Positions 20,694 through 29,634 of a stretch of 64,000 nt of DNA are shown one piece after another. Position 1 is the stretch's first letter; the number at the start of each line of letters is the position of its first letter. Under the pieces are notes generated by a model. The model had not been told where the DNA came from, ran no database searches, and worked only from the letters and a program-made list of their open reading frames with translations. Origin of the DNA: Candidatus Latescibacterota bacterium (lineage in GTDB: Bacteria > Latescibacterota > UBA2968 > UBA8231). Made by a program: the position numbers and the translations under genes. The stretch lies in contig OZ244561.1 in NCBI GenBank assembly GCA_965217585.1, positions 1,376,001-1,440,000 of the forward strand, given 5' to 3'.

Positions 20694-21820
20694 CAAGCCA
20701 TCACGGGGACTCGCGCCTGGTGGATGCACTCGGCCAACAGCGGCACGCCCTCGCGGATGGCTTCCAGCGAGGCAAAGCCAAAGGCGAGGCGTATGGCCGG
20801 CACGTCCTCGCGCCGGATGTGGAAGCCCTGCCCTCGCGCCACCACAATGCCGCGCTCGGCGCACAGGGCCATCAGGCGATCGCGATCCACCTCTTCGGGG
20901 AACTCGATCCAGATGAACATGCCGCCCACGGGCCGCGACCACGTGCATAGATCGCCCGCGTTCTCTTCGAGACCGGCAAAGACTGCGTCGCGCTTTTCCT
21001 TGAGGATGGCGTTGGTCTCGGCCAAGTGCTGCCACAGCCGGTCGCGGAACAGGGCCGCGCAACTAGCGGCCGCCAGCAAGCTGTTGCCCCCGTCGTAGCG
21101 GCGGTCGAGGATCCGCCCCAGCATGGGCGGTCGGGCCAATAAATAGCCCATCCGCACCCCAGGACCCAAAATTTTGGACAGCGAGCCGATGTACAGGAGG
21201 TTGGGGCTGTAGTCGAGCGCGTAGAGCGCCGGCTCTTGCGGCCCCTCAAAATGCACATCGCCATAGCAGTTGTCTTCCACCACGATGGTCTCGTAGTACT
21301 GCGCCACTTCGAGCAGTTCGAGGCGGCGCTGCCGCGGCATGACCGAGCCGGTGGGGTTCTGGTAGGTCGCCAAGGTATAAATAAAGCGCGGCCGGGTGCC
21401 CTTGCGGCGCAAATCCGCCAAAACGTCGGCCAGCGCATCGACGCGCATGCCCTGCTCGTCGAGCGGCACCCCGACCAACTCGGCCCCCAACCGCTTGTAC
21501 GCGGCAATCGTCCCAGAATACGTCAATTCCTCGGTGACGATCACGTCCCCCGGACCTTCCATCAGCGCTTCGGCTATCAGTGTAACCGCCTGCATGGAGC
21601 CGTTCATCAGCGCGATGTGGTCGGCGGACACGTCTATGCCCTCGCGCTTGGATTCGCGCGCGGCCATGACTTCGCGCAAGCCCTGGTGGCCCATGTCGCC
21701 GGGATAGCGCACCAGGTCCGCGCCCAGTTCGCGCACGGCCTCGCTAGCGGCCTCGGCCAACGCCTCCGTCGGGAACGAGCCGGGATCCGTGCGTCCACTG
21801 CCAAAATCATATACGGGCAT
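20693..21820 (-). CDS. PLP-dependent class I/II aminotransferase (LysN/MocR-like, no HTH)
   Basis: 'YQNPTG', 'VEDNCYG', 'GSLSKILGPGVRMG'. Confidence 0.88.
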   Translation of the reverse strand: MPVYDFGSGRTDPGSFPTEALAEAASEAVRELGADLVRYPGDMGHQGLREVMAARESKREGIDVSADHIALMNGSMQAVTLIAEALMEGPGDVIVTEELTYSGTIAAYKRLGAELVGVPLDEQGMRVDALADVLADLRRKGTRPRFIYTLATYQNPTGSVMPRQRRLELLEVAQYYETIVVEDNCYGDVHFEGPQEPALYALDYSPNLLYIGSLSKILGPGVRMGYLLARPPMLGRILDRRYDGGNSLLAAASCAALFRDRLWQHLAETNAILKEKRDAVFAGLEENAGDLCTWSRPVGGMFIWIEFPEEVDRDRLMALCAERGIVVARGQGFHIRREDVPAIRLAFGFASLEAIREGVPLLAECIHQARVPVMA

Positions 21821-21833
21821 AACATTCTCCTTA

Positions 21834-22835
21834 TTAGAGTTCCAATGGCTTGAGTCGGGGGTTTGCAGTAAGCCCCGGTATCCGTCCCCGCTTGGCCACG
21901 GGCCGGCCGTCTACTTCCTTGATGTCCGCGGTAAAATCGATCGCCGAGGCGGCGCTGATCGCGCTACCGACTCCAAAGGCATCCACCGGCGCTCCTGCCG
22001 CCCGGAAATAGCTGATGCGCTCGGCGTCTAAGCCGCCGGAGACCGCGATCTTTACATGGCTATGCCCGGCTTGGTCGAGCCGCGCACGCACCTCCGCGAC
22101 CAGTTCGGCCGTGACTCGCCCGCGCTCGCTCGGGGTGTCCAGCCGCACCCCCCACAGCTTCTCGCCCAAGGCTTCTGCCAGCCGCAGACTCTCTTCGGCT
22201 TCGTCCTTAAAAGTATCAACCAGCGCGATGCGCTCGACTTGGGCGTCGATGTGGCGGTCAAAGACCTCGGCCGTTTTGAGCGTGTCGCCGAGGCACAGGA
22301 TCAGGGCATGGGGCATGGTTCCGGTTGCCTCGATGCCGGCGAGGGCAGCCCCTTGCGGAGTGGCGCATCCAACACATCCCCCGACGATGGCCGCGTATTC
22401 CATCCGGGCACTGACCTCCGGGTGGATGTGCCGAGCGCCGAAGCTGATAATCGGTACCCCGTCGGCTGCTTCGACGCACTCCGCTGCGGCCGTGGCCCAC
22501 CCCGTCTCGCTGCTGAGCATCCCCAACAACGCCGTCTCGTACAGCCCGAACTGCCGGTAGGGCGCGCGGATCCGCAAGACGACCTCGCGCGGCTCGATCC
22601 AATCTCCTTCGTCCAAGCTCCACACCTCCGCCTCCTCGCCGAGTACCTGCCGCAAGAGGGCCTGCGCTTCGCGCAAGCCGCAAAGCAGGGCGCGCCGCCG
22701 GGTAAACACCTCCATCGCCACGACCGGATTGAGCTGTTCGGCCGCGAGGATGTCGCAACTGCGGCGGAAGTAAATATCCGCGTTGTCGCCCGCCAGCGTC
22801 GCAGCCGAGGGCGCGTATGGGTCGCGCTCTGCCAT
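21834..22835 (-). CDS. pncB: Nicotinate phosphoribosyltransferase
   Basis: 'DIYF', 'SFGARH', 'GTMPHA', 'LVDTF', 'GVRLDTP', 'VSGG', 'FGVGS'. Confidence 0.9.
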   Translation of the reverse strand: MAERDPYAPSAATLAGDNADIYFRRSCDILAAEQLNPVVAMEVFTRRRALLCGLREAQALLRQVLGEEAEVWSLDEGDWIEPREVVLRIRAPYRQFGLYETALLGMLSSETGWATAAAECVEAADGVPIISFGARHIHPEVSARMEYAAIVGGCVGCATPQGAALAGIEATGTMPHALILCLGDTLKTAEVFDRHIDAQVERIALVDTFKDEAEESLRLAEALGEKLWGVRLDTPSERGRVTAELVAEVRARLDQAGHSHVKIAVSGGLDAERISYFRAAGAPVDAFGVGSAISAASAIDFTADIKEVDGRPVAKRGRIPGLTANPRLKPLEL

Positions 22836-23362
22836 CAGCGGTTGGTGACCTGTGCCCCGAGGATTTTTTCTATATGCCCCAAGGCCCATTCGTGTTGTTG
22901 GGGATCAAAGCTGGCGACGCAATCGGCCGGGACCTCGACCGGATAGTCGCGATTGCGCAGCCCGGCCACGGTGTGCAGAACGCAAATATCCGTGCAATCG
23001 CCCATCACCACGACCTTGTCTGGCGCGAGTTCATCCAACATCGCGGCCAACTCGGTCTCGAAAAAGGCACTGTAGCGCCGCTTTTTGACAATCTGCGCGT
23101 CTTGGGCCAACGGTGCTAGCTCGGCGACGATGTGCTCTTCTTCGCTGCCTTCGATGCAGTGGGGAGGGAACATCTCGAACTCGCGGTCGTTTGCGCTGTG
23201 GCTGTCCTGAGTAAAAAACAGCGCGGCCCCAGCGGCCTTTTCGCGTTCGACCCGCGCGGCGATTCGCGGGATGATCTCCCGCGCGTGGTCCCCGCAGTAG
23301 AGCGTCCCGTCTGGACGCATAAAGCCGTTCTGCATATCGACGACAATCACGGCATTAGCCAT
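22835..23362 (-). CDS. pncA: Nicotinamidase / isochorismatase-family cysteine hydrolase
   Basis: 'VVDMQNGF', 'DSH', 'FPPHC', 'KKRRYSAF', 'GDCTDICV'; coupled to pncB. Confidence 0.85.
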   Translation of the reverse strand: MANAVIVVDMQNGFMRPDGTLYCGDHAREIIPRIAARVEREKAAGAALFFTQDSHSANDREFEMFPPHCIEGSEEEHIVAELAPLAQDAQIVKKRRYSAFFETELAAMLDELAPDKVVVMGDCTDICVLHTVAGLRNRDYPVEVPADCVASFDPQQHEWALGHIEKILGAQVTNR

Positions 23363-23407
23363 CGCCTAGTCCTCCTATTCGCAAAAATACAATCCGCACG
23401 GAGCAAT

Positions 23408-23815
23408 TCAAACCGGTTCAAGCCGTTCCCCCACCAGCCGCCGGTAGTAACACCCCGACCGCGCCCGACCGGCAGCGTCCAAAGTGTGGCAGGCCCCCTC
23501 CCCTTTGAGCCGGACGCGATACAGCAGCGAATTTTGCTCGCAGTTGACGCGGATTTCTACCAGTTCGAGCACATTGCCCGAGGTCGCGCCTTTGACCCAC
23601 AACTCGTTGCGCGATGTGCTCCAAAACGCGGCCAAGCCCTCGCGCCGCGTATAGTTCAGGGCCTCTTCATTGGCGTACCCCACGATCAACACCTCGCCGC
23701 TATCCACGTCCTGCGCCACCACCGGCACCAAACCCTCGCCACAGGCCGCAGCCCGCCGCAACTTGCCAAAATCCAAGGCCAACTGCTGGCCTTCCTCCAC
23801 TTCCTCGTGCGTCAT
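23408..23815 (-). CDS. hisI: Phosphoribosyl-AMP cyclohydrolase-like protein (NCEQN variant)
   Basis: 'FWSTSRNELWVKGATSG', 'ACHT', 'GCYYR'; start 23815 or 23833. Confidence 0.8.
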   Translation of the reverse strand: MTHEEVEEGQQLALDFGKLRRAAACGEGLVPVVAQDVDSGEVLIVGYANEEALNYTRREGLAAFWSTSRNELWVKGATSGNVLELVEIRVNCEQNSLLYRVRLKGEGACHTLDAAGRARSGCYYRRLVGERLEPV

Positions 23816-23928
23816 ATTCGCTCGTTCAACCACGACGATCTCCCATAGTCAAATCCCTTTTAACTAGACCTTGCCTCCCCCTCCAAGTCAAGCCTATATT
23901 CCCCGCCCGAAAGGACGGAATAAATATC

Positions 23929-25203
23929 ATGCTTCTCGACACTGCTTACGAAATCGCCACCTCCAACATCCGCTTCGGCCCGGGCACCACCAAGGAGATC
24001 GGCATGGATCTCAAGGACCGGGGGCTGCAGCGGGTCATGGTATTGACCGACCCAAACTTGCGCGAGCAAGCGCCAGTGCAGACGGCCTTGGCGGCCATTG
24101 CGGAGGCGGGCGTCGAGTACGCGCTGTTCGACCAAGTGCGCGTCGAGCCGACCGACGCCTCGTTCAAGGCGGCGATTGCCTATGCCCAACAAGGGTTTGA
24201 CGGGTTCGTCGCCGTCGGCGGCGGGTCGGTGATGGACACGGCTAAAGCGGCCAACGTGTACACCACCTATCCGGCCGATTTCCTCACCTACGTCAACGCG
24301 CCCATTGGCCGGGGGGAGCCAGTGCCCGGCCCGCTCAAGCCGCTGATCGCCGTTCCCACCACCGCTGGCACCGGCAGCGAGACCACGGGCGTGGCGATTT
24401 TCGATTTCGTCGAGATGAAGGCCAAGACCGGCATGGCCCACCGCTACATGCGCCCGACCTTGGGCATCGTCGATCCAGACAACACGCGCTCCATGCCGCC
24501 GCAGGTGGCCGCTGCAACCGGCCTCGACGTGCTCTCACACGCCTTGGAGTCGTACACGGCCCTGCCGTTTGACCAGCGGCCCCGACCCGACCGACCCCAA
24601 CTGCGACCGGCCTATCAAGGCTCAAATCCCGTCAGTGACTTATGGGCGTTGGAGGCTTTGCGGTTGGTGGAGCAATTTCTGCCCCGCGCCGTAGCCGACC
24701 CAAGCGACGACGAGGCCCGCAGCGCGATGAGTTTGGCCGCGGCCCTCGCCGGCATTGGCTTTGGCAACGCCGGCGTCCACTTGCCGCACGGCATGTCCTA
24801 TCCGGTGGCTGGCATGGTGGAAGGCTATGTGCCCGAGGGATACGCTATCGATTACCCGCTGGTGCCGCACGGGTTTGCCGTGATCGTCAACTCGCCTGCG
24901 GTCTTCCGCTTCACCGCGCCGACTTGCCCCCAGCGGCATCTGCGGGCGGCTGTGGTCTTGGGGGCCGATTGCAGCGGGGCTAAAGATGAGGATGCGGGAG
25001 CGATTTTGGCCGACCACATCGTCTCGCTGATGCGCCAACTCGGCGCACCCAACGGCCTCAGCGCACTCGGCTACGACCGTCAGCATATCCCGGCGCTAGT
25101 CGAGGGTACTCTGCCGCAGCACCGAGTGACCAAGCTCTCGCCGCGAGCGGCTGACGCGGAGGAACTGGCGGGGATTTTTGAGGATGCGCTGAGTTACTGG
25201 TAG
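23929..25203 (+). CDS. Hydroxyacid-oxoacid transhydrogenase (iron-containing ADH family)
   Basis: 'AVGGGSVMDTAK', 'PTTAGTGSETT', 'RPAYQGSNP', 'GVHLPHGMSYP'. Confidence 0.88.
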   Translation: MLLDTAYEIATSNIRFGPGTTKEIGMDLKDRGLQRVMVLTDPNLREQAPVQTALAAIAEAGVEYALFDQVRVEPTDASFKAAIAYAQQGFDGFVAVGGGSVMDTAKAANVYTTYPADFLTYVNAPIGRGEPVPGPLKPLIAVPTTAGTGSETTGVAIFDFVEMKAKTGMAHRYMRPTLGIVDPDNTRSMPPQVAAATGLDVLSHALESYTALPFDQRPRPDRPQLRPAYQGSNPVSDLWALEALRLVEQFLPRAVADPSDDEARSAMSLAAALAGIGFGNAGVHLPHGMSYPVAGMVEGYVPEGYAIDYPLVPHGFAVIVNSPAVFRFTAPTCPQRHLRAAVVLGADCSGAKDEDAGAILADHIVSLMRQLGAPNGLSALGYDRQHIPALVEGTLPQHRVTKLSPRAADAEELAGIFEDALSYW

Positions 25204-25337
25204 GAAGCCGCCGCCAAGCAGAGAGTGGCGACTCTAGCTTTCCGCAGCGAAACCGCCACTAATCGACCTGAAAAACTCCATCGCACAGATAGGCCAGACA
25301 GTATCAAGGGTCAAATTGCGTTGCCTTGTGATTTTTT

Positions 25338-25408
25338 CAACAGATTTGTTGACAACAGATTTGTTGAATAATATCTTTTCAACAGATTTGTTGACAACGA
25401 TTTCGTTG
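25338..25408. promoter_or_regulatory. Four palindromic boxes CAACR-N4-YGTTG (putative operator array)
   Basis: CAACAGATTTGTTG at 25338, 25353 and 25380; CAACGATTTCGTTG at 25395; two pairs offset by 42 bp, just upstream of RBS and ATG 25424. Confidence 0.7.
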
Positions 25409-25423
25409 AATAAGGGAGACGCC

Positions 25424-25573
25424 ATGAGATCATCGACCGGCCGCTGGGTAAGCGGCGGCGACTTTTTCAATCGCGAGCGCGAGTTGCGGATACTGGAGAC
25501 GCGGGTCCGCGACCACCACAGATCCCTCGAAGACCGCTGTTCTGAAGACGAATCACCGGGAGACGCGCAATGA
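25424..25573 (+). pseudogene. Internally deleted AAA ATPase remnant
   Basis: 'MRSSTGRWVSGGDFFNRERELRIL' is the FxxRExEL pre-Walker-A segment of archaeal-type ATPases, but the ORF ends at 49 aa without a Walker A; ATGA-coupled to the next gene. Confidence 0.6.
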
Positions 25574-27120
25574 ACAAATCCGACCAGCGGATTCGCAAGT
25601 TCAATCCGGGGACGTTCCAATCCGACGCTGAAGTGATAGAGCAGTTCGTGGTCAGGAAACACGAACTCGACATCGTGCTTGAGGTCCTCCGTGGGAACAT
25701 GGACTCACCATCGTGCCAGCACGTTCTAGTCGCCGCGCCTCGCGGTCGGGGAAAGACCATGTTGCTAACCCGCGTCGCGGCGGAGGTGAATACCGACGAC
25801 GAACTCTCCGAGTGTCTTTTGCCGGTCCGGTTTATGGAAGAGAGTCACGAGATATTTAATCTCGCCGACTTCTGGCTCGACACCTTGTTCTACCTTGCAC
25901 GAGAGAGCGCCAAGCACGATCCCGTACTCGCTGAGGAGTTGCGAGAGACGCACGCCGACCTGACCAATCGCTGGCACGAGGAAACGCTCGCGGATCGCGT
26001 CCGTGCCGCTGTCCTAGAGGCGGCGGACCGACTAGGCAAAAAACTCGTCCTCATGGTCGAGACCCTACAGGCGCTCTGCAGAAACGTGGACAAAGATTTC
26101 GGCTGGGAGCTGCGCGGCGTGCTGCAATCAGAACCCCAGATCATGCTACTTGCCACCGCCACTAGTCGCTTCGAGGGTCTGGACGACGCGGAGCAGCCGT
26201 TCTTCGAGCTATTTCGAATAGTCTCTTTGGAGCCGCTAGCCACCGAAGAATGCCGTCGTCTGTGGCAGGTCGTCAGCGGCGACGCGGTAAGCGAGCGCGA
26301 GATTAGGCCACTCGAAATCCTGACCGGCGGCAGCCCCCGCCTCTTAGTCATCGTCGCCGGTTTCGCGCAGCACCGTTCCTTGCACCAGTTGATGGAAGAA
26401 CTAGTGGAGTTAATTGACGAGCACACTGAGTACTTCCGTGGTCACTTAGAGGTATTGGCTAAGGGTGAACGCCGCGTGTATATCTCGGTGATTGACCTTT
26501 GGCGACCGTCGAGTACGGGCGAGATCGCGGCGCGGGCACGCATGGATGTCCGATCCGTATCGACCCTGCTCGGGCGGCTCGTCGAACGGGGTGCTGTCAT
26601 CGCGGAAGGGAGTGGCAAGAAGCGGCGGTACGCTGCAGCGGAACGTCTCTACAGCATCTACTACAAGCTGCGACGCGAGCGCGATGAGGCGGCTGTTGTA
26701 GAAAACCTGATCCGCTTCATGGTGACGTTTTACGGGAGGGGCGAATTGTACCAGATGTCTGAGCGGCTGACTTCGGAGGAGGCGGAGTCGAAGGTCATTC
26801 GCGAGGGAATAGAATATCCGGCCACCATGGAGGCGTTCCGCTCCGCGTATGCTGCGTTCCTACCTAACGACGAAATTACGGTGCACGAGATACTACGGCT
26901 TGTGCCTAACTTGATCGCAACCGGTGCGTCGGCGCATGAACTTGTCGATATCCTGTTGAGCGACAGGGACAAATCCGGCACGTTAGTACCCCTCATCGTT
27001 GCCCTGCGCCAGCATACCGGCGAGGAGGTTCGTGCGCCTGTGGAAATCCTTGAGGTCGCGGCGGATATTCGCGAACGCATCGAGGCAAGAGCGGCGAAAG
27101 GTGCTCCCGGGACTTCCTGA
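25570..27120 (+). CDS. AAA/STAND-like ATPase with winged-helix domain
   Basis: 'FVVRKHEL', Walker A APRGRGKT, 'TGGSPR', wHTH 'TGEIAARARMDVRSVSTLLGRLVERG'. Confidence 0.75.
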   Translation: MNKSDQRIRKFNPGTFQSDAEVIEQFVVRKHELDIVLEVLRGNMDSPSCQHVLVAAPRGRGKTMLLTRVAAEVNTDDELSECLLPVRFMEESHEIFNLADFWLDTLFYLARESAKHDPVLAEELRETHADLTNRWHEETLADRVRAAVLEAADRLGKKLVLMVETLQALCRNVDKDFGWELRGVLQSEPQIMLLATATSRFEGLDDAEQPFFELFRIVSLEPLATEECRRLWQVVSGDAVSEREIRPLEILTGGSPRLLVIVAGFAQHRSLHQLMEELVELIDEHTEYFRGHLEVLAKGERRVYISVIDLWRPSSTGEIAARARMDVRSVSTLLGRLVERGAVIAEGSGKKRRYAAAERLYSIYYKLRRERDEAAVVENLIRFMVTFYGRGELYQMSERLTSEEAESKVIREGIEYPATMEAFRSAYAAFLPNDEITVHEILRLVPNLIATGASAHELVDILLSDRDKSGTLVPLIVALRQHTGEEVRAPVEILEVAADIRERIEARAAKGAPGTS

Positions 27121-27315
27121 CCACCGTAGCCGGACGGCCCCGTTGGGATTCAGCCAAACAGATTTGATCGGAGAGAACGATGGCGGCGTGAATCTTTTGC
27201 TCTATCACAGAGGATTTACGTTTGGCTCAGATAGTATATAATTATTTGAAAACTCCTAATTTAGGGGGTTTTGAGTCTTTCTTAAGTTCACTTGGGTGCT
27301 AGGAGACAATCCGGC

Positions 27316-27953
27316 ATGAGCAGTGTTTTCATTTATTAGGACAACTCCAACACCTTCCACGAGGCACAACGGCTGGCGGAGGAACGACGCGAAGGTGCCA
27401 ATGCCCGTTACCGCGTGCGCGTCAACTTTGACAATATACTGCGCCTAGCGCACGCCTAGCGCACGCCTAGCGCACGCTGAAGAAGGCACTTGCCACCGGC
27501 TCCGTGCCGCCAGAAATGCGCCAGTTGTGGAATCGAATGGAAAACAAGGGGGTGGAAGTTCAACTGTTTGACCGAGGCAGCTCCGGGCGCGGCGAACAGG
27601 AAATGCCCGACCGAGTATTGCAGTTGCGTATGCTGGAAGATGCGCTGGATTACAACGGCAATCCCGGCATCGTGGTGTTGCTGACCGGCGACGGTGCTGG
27701 CTATCTCGAAGGCGCGAGTTTTCACAGTACTTTGGAGCGCATGCACAAGCGCGGGTGGCGGGTGGAAATCCTGTCATGGGCGCATTCTTGCAACCAGCGG
27801 ATGCGCAAATGGGCGCAAGAAAACGGCATATTTGTCGCGTTAGACGACTTCTACGAGGCCATTACGTTCATGGAACCGTCTAGGCCGGGAGCGGAGCTTG
27901 CGTCCGCACGCGATTCCGCGGAACTGGACCTGTCGCAGAGGCCGACGGCCTGA
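27316..27953 (+). pseudogene. NYN (PIN-like) domain RNase, inactivated
   Basis: M-S-S-V-F-I-Y-*(TAG 27337)-D-N-S-N; frameshift at an 11-bp repeat; downstream 'EQEMPD', 'VLLTGDG', 'GWRVEILSW'. Confidence 0.8.
27442..27477 (+). repeat. Tandem repeat (CGCCTAGCGCA)x3
   Basis: Exact copies at 27442, 27453 and 27464, followed by partial CGC. Confidence 0.95.
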
Positions 27954-27958
27954 TTGCT

Positions 27959-28858
27959 ATGTCTGACCTATACCCAATCGTTGAGATAAAGCGAGAATCG
28001 GTCAGAGAGTCCGAGGATATGGGGAGCAAAGATAAGTTCTGGTATCTCCATCCGAAGGCGGAAGAAGGATATTGGCTCTTCAAATACCCCCGCTTTAACA
28101 CAGGGGAACACTGGGCGGAGAAGATTGCAGCCGAGATTGCGGACCTACTGGGAATTTCACATGCGAGGGTGGAATTGGCGATATTTGAAGAAAATAAAGG
28201 ATCCGTGACGAAATTGTTTGTCCAAGAGGGTCAGGAATTGGTCCACGGCAATCAGATGTTGAAGAGGGCTGTTCATGGCTACGATCCCGAGAAAGAATTT
28301 CGTCAATCGAGCCATGCCTTAGCGAATATCTGGCAGGTAATGGACAGTGTTTTTGGAGAGCCTGAACACGCAGAAAAGGCGAAGGGCCGCCTTGCAGAGT
28401 ACGTAGTCCTAGACGCGTTGATTGGTAACACGGATCGCCATCACGAGAACTGGGGCATACTACGATGGGAGCGAAGAGGGTACCGCCGGGTAGATTTGTT
28501 CGTAGCACCGTCGTTCGACCACGCCTCATCGTTAGGTCGGGAGCTTCAGGATACGCGACGCGACAGGATACTGGTAGAAGATCGCATAGGCGACTATGTT
28601 GCAAAAGGACGCGGCGCGATTTACTGGTCGGAGGACGATCAGCGCGGCCCTAGCCCACTGGAGTTGGTACGGCGGGCTACTCGCAAATATCCAAAACTTT
28701 TCTTTCCGGCGCTGACGAAACTCGAAAAATTGGACGAAGGCTCTGTGGATGACCTCGTAAACCGCGTACCCAGTGACTGGATGTCCCCTTCAGCTAGAAA
28801 ATTCGCGATTGCGCTGATGCACTATAATTTTGAACAATTGCAGGAGCTGCTCCGATGA
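27959..28858 (+). CDS. HipA-like Ser/Thr kinase (HipA_C)
   Basis: 'MGSKDKFW', 'WLFKYP', 'DALIGNTDRHHENWG', 'APSFDHASSLG'. Confidence 0.85.
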   Translation: MSDLYPIVEIKRESVRESEDMGSKDKFWYLHPKAEEGYWLFKYPRFNTGEHWAEKIAAEIADLLGISHARVELAIFEENKGSVTKLFVQEGQELVHGNQMLKRAVHGYDPEKEFRQSSHALANIWQVMDSVFGEPEHAEKAKGRLAEYVVLDALIGNTDRHHENWGILRWERRGYRRVDLFVAPSFDHASSLGRELQDTRRDRILVEDRIGDYVAKGRGAIYWSEDDQRGPSPLELVRRATRKYPKLFFPALTKLEKLDEGSVDDLVNRVPSDWMSPSARKFAIALMHYNFEQLQELLR

Positions 28859-29589
28859 GCACGAGAACTTTATTTCTAGCTTGGCAGGACAAAAAGCCCA
28901 GCAAGGCATGGTTTCCGGTGGGTCGGCTGGATGCTGATGTCGAACGTTCCTTCTATCGCTTTCGCTACATTGGCGGCGCAAAGCGAGCACAAGAGGAGGT
29001 GGGGTTTCCTCTGTTGATCGAGTTTCCCGATTTGAACGGAGATTATCAGTCCTCGGAACTGTTTCCGCTATTCCAAAACCGGGTTATGAATCGGGCAAGG
29101 CCGGACTTTACCGACTACCTTCACAGCCTTGATCTAACCGAGGAAGCTGACCCCATTGAGATTTTGTCCACCAATGGAGGCTACCGCGTAACGGACTCTT
29201 ACGAGGTTTTTCCAAAGATCGAGAAAGACGACACCGGGAGCTTCTCTTGTCGGTTCTTCCTGCGCGGCTGGCGACATATCGATAAAGCGGCTAAAGGTCG
29301 AATTGACCGCTTAGAGCAGGAAGAAGAACTGTATGTCACACTGGAATTGACCAATCCTGTGACCGAGTTGACCGTACAAATTCAGACGACGGACTACTGT
29401 ATGATCGGATGGGCACCGCGTTACTTGGTGGAAGCTTTGGTTGCAGCGATGGCCGAAGGGCTTGGTAGATACGAGGCGAAAGTGGTGCGGATTAACCGTC
29501 CGAAGCAGCGTGTATTGATTGAAATGCGTGGCTGCTGGAGTAAGCACGAACCAATGAGCAGCGAGGATTTTAAGCCCTTGGTCCCTTGA
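28855..29589 (+). CDS. HipS-like N-domain + HIRAN domain protein
   Basis: 'LFLAWQD..WFPVGRL', 'YQSSELFPLFQNR', HIRAN-like 'LELTNP..MIGWAPRYL'; ATGA-coupled to the kinase. Confidence 0.75.
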   Translation: MSTRTLFLAWQDKKPSKAWFPVGRLDADVERSFYRFRYIGGAKRAQEEVGFPLLIEFPDLNGDYQSSELFPLFQNRVMNRARPDFTDYLHSLDLTEEADPIEILSTNGGYRVTDSYEVFPKIEKDDTGSFSCRFFLRGWRHIDKAAKGRIDRLEQEEELYVTLELTNPVTELTVQIQTTDYCMIGWAPRYLVEALVAAMAEGLGRYEAKVVRINRPKQRVLIEMRGCWSKHEPMSSEDFKPLVP

Positions 29590-29634
29590 TCGTTCAGCGG
29601 AGCTTCCGGCCAATTCTATCCCTCCTATGGCCGT

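Noticed and set aside
20694-21062. Long N-terminal extension on NadE, and similar extensions on the ADH, aldolase, dehydrogenase and hsdM ORFs
   Set aside because: They overlap neighbouring genes; coupled internal starts fit better.
25334-25412. Possible mini-CRISPR array
   Set aside because: Units are 14 bp and nearly adjacent, with no unique 30-40-bp spacers and no cas genes.
27337-27339. Amber recoding or alternative genetic code
   Set aside because: TAG ends many intact genes in this window (e.g. 3169, 25203, 37866).
27442-27477. Phase-variable ON/OFF switch in NYN
   Set aside because: No repeat number gives an open frame (one copy is out of frame, two or more include TAG), and there is another stop upstream.
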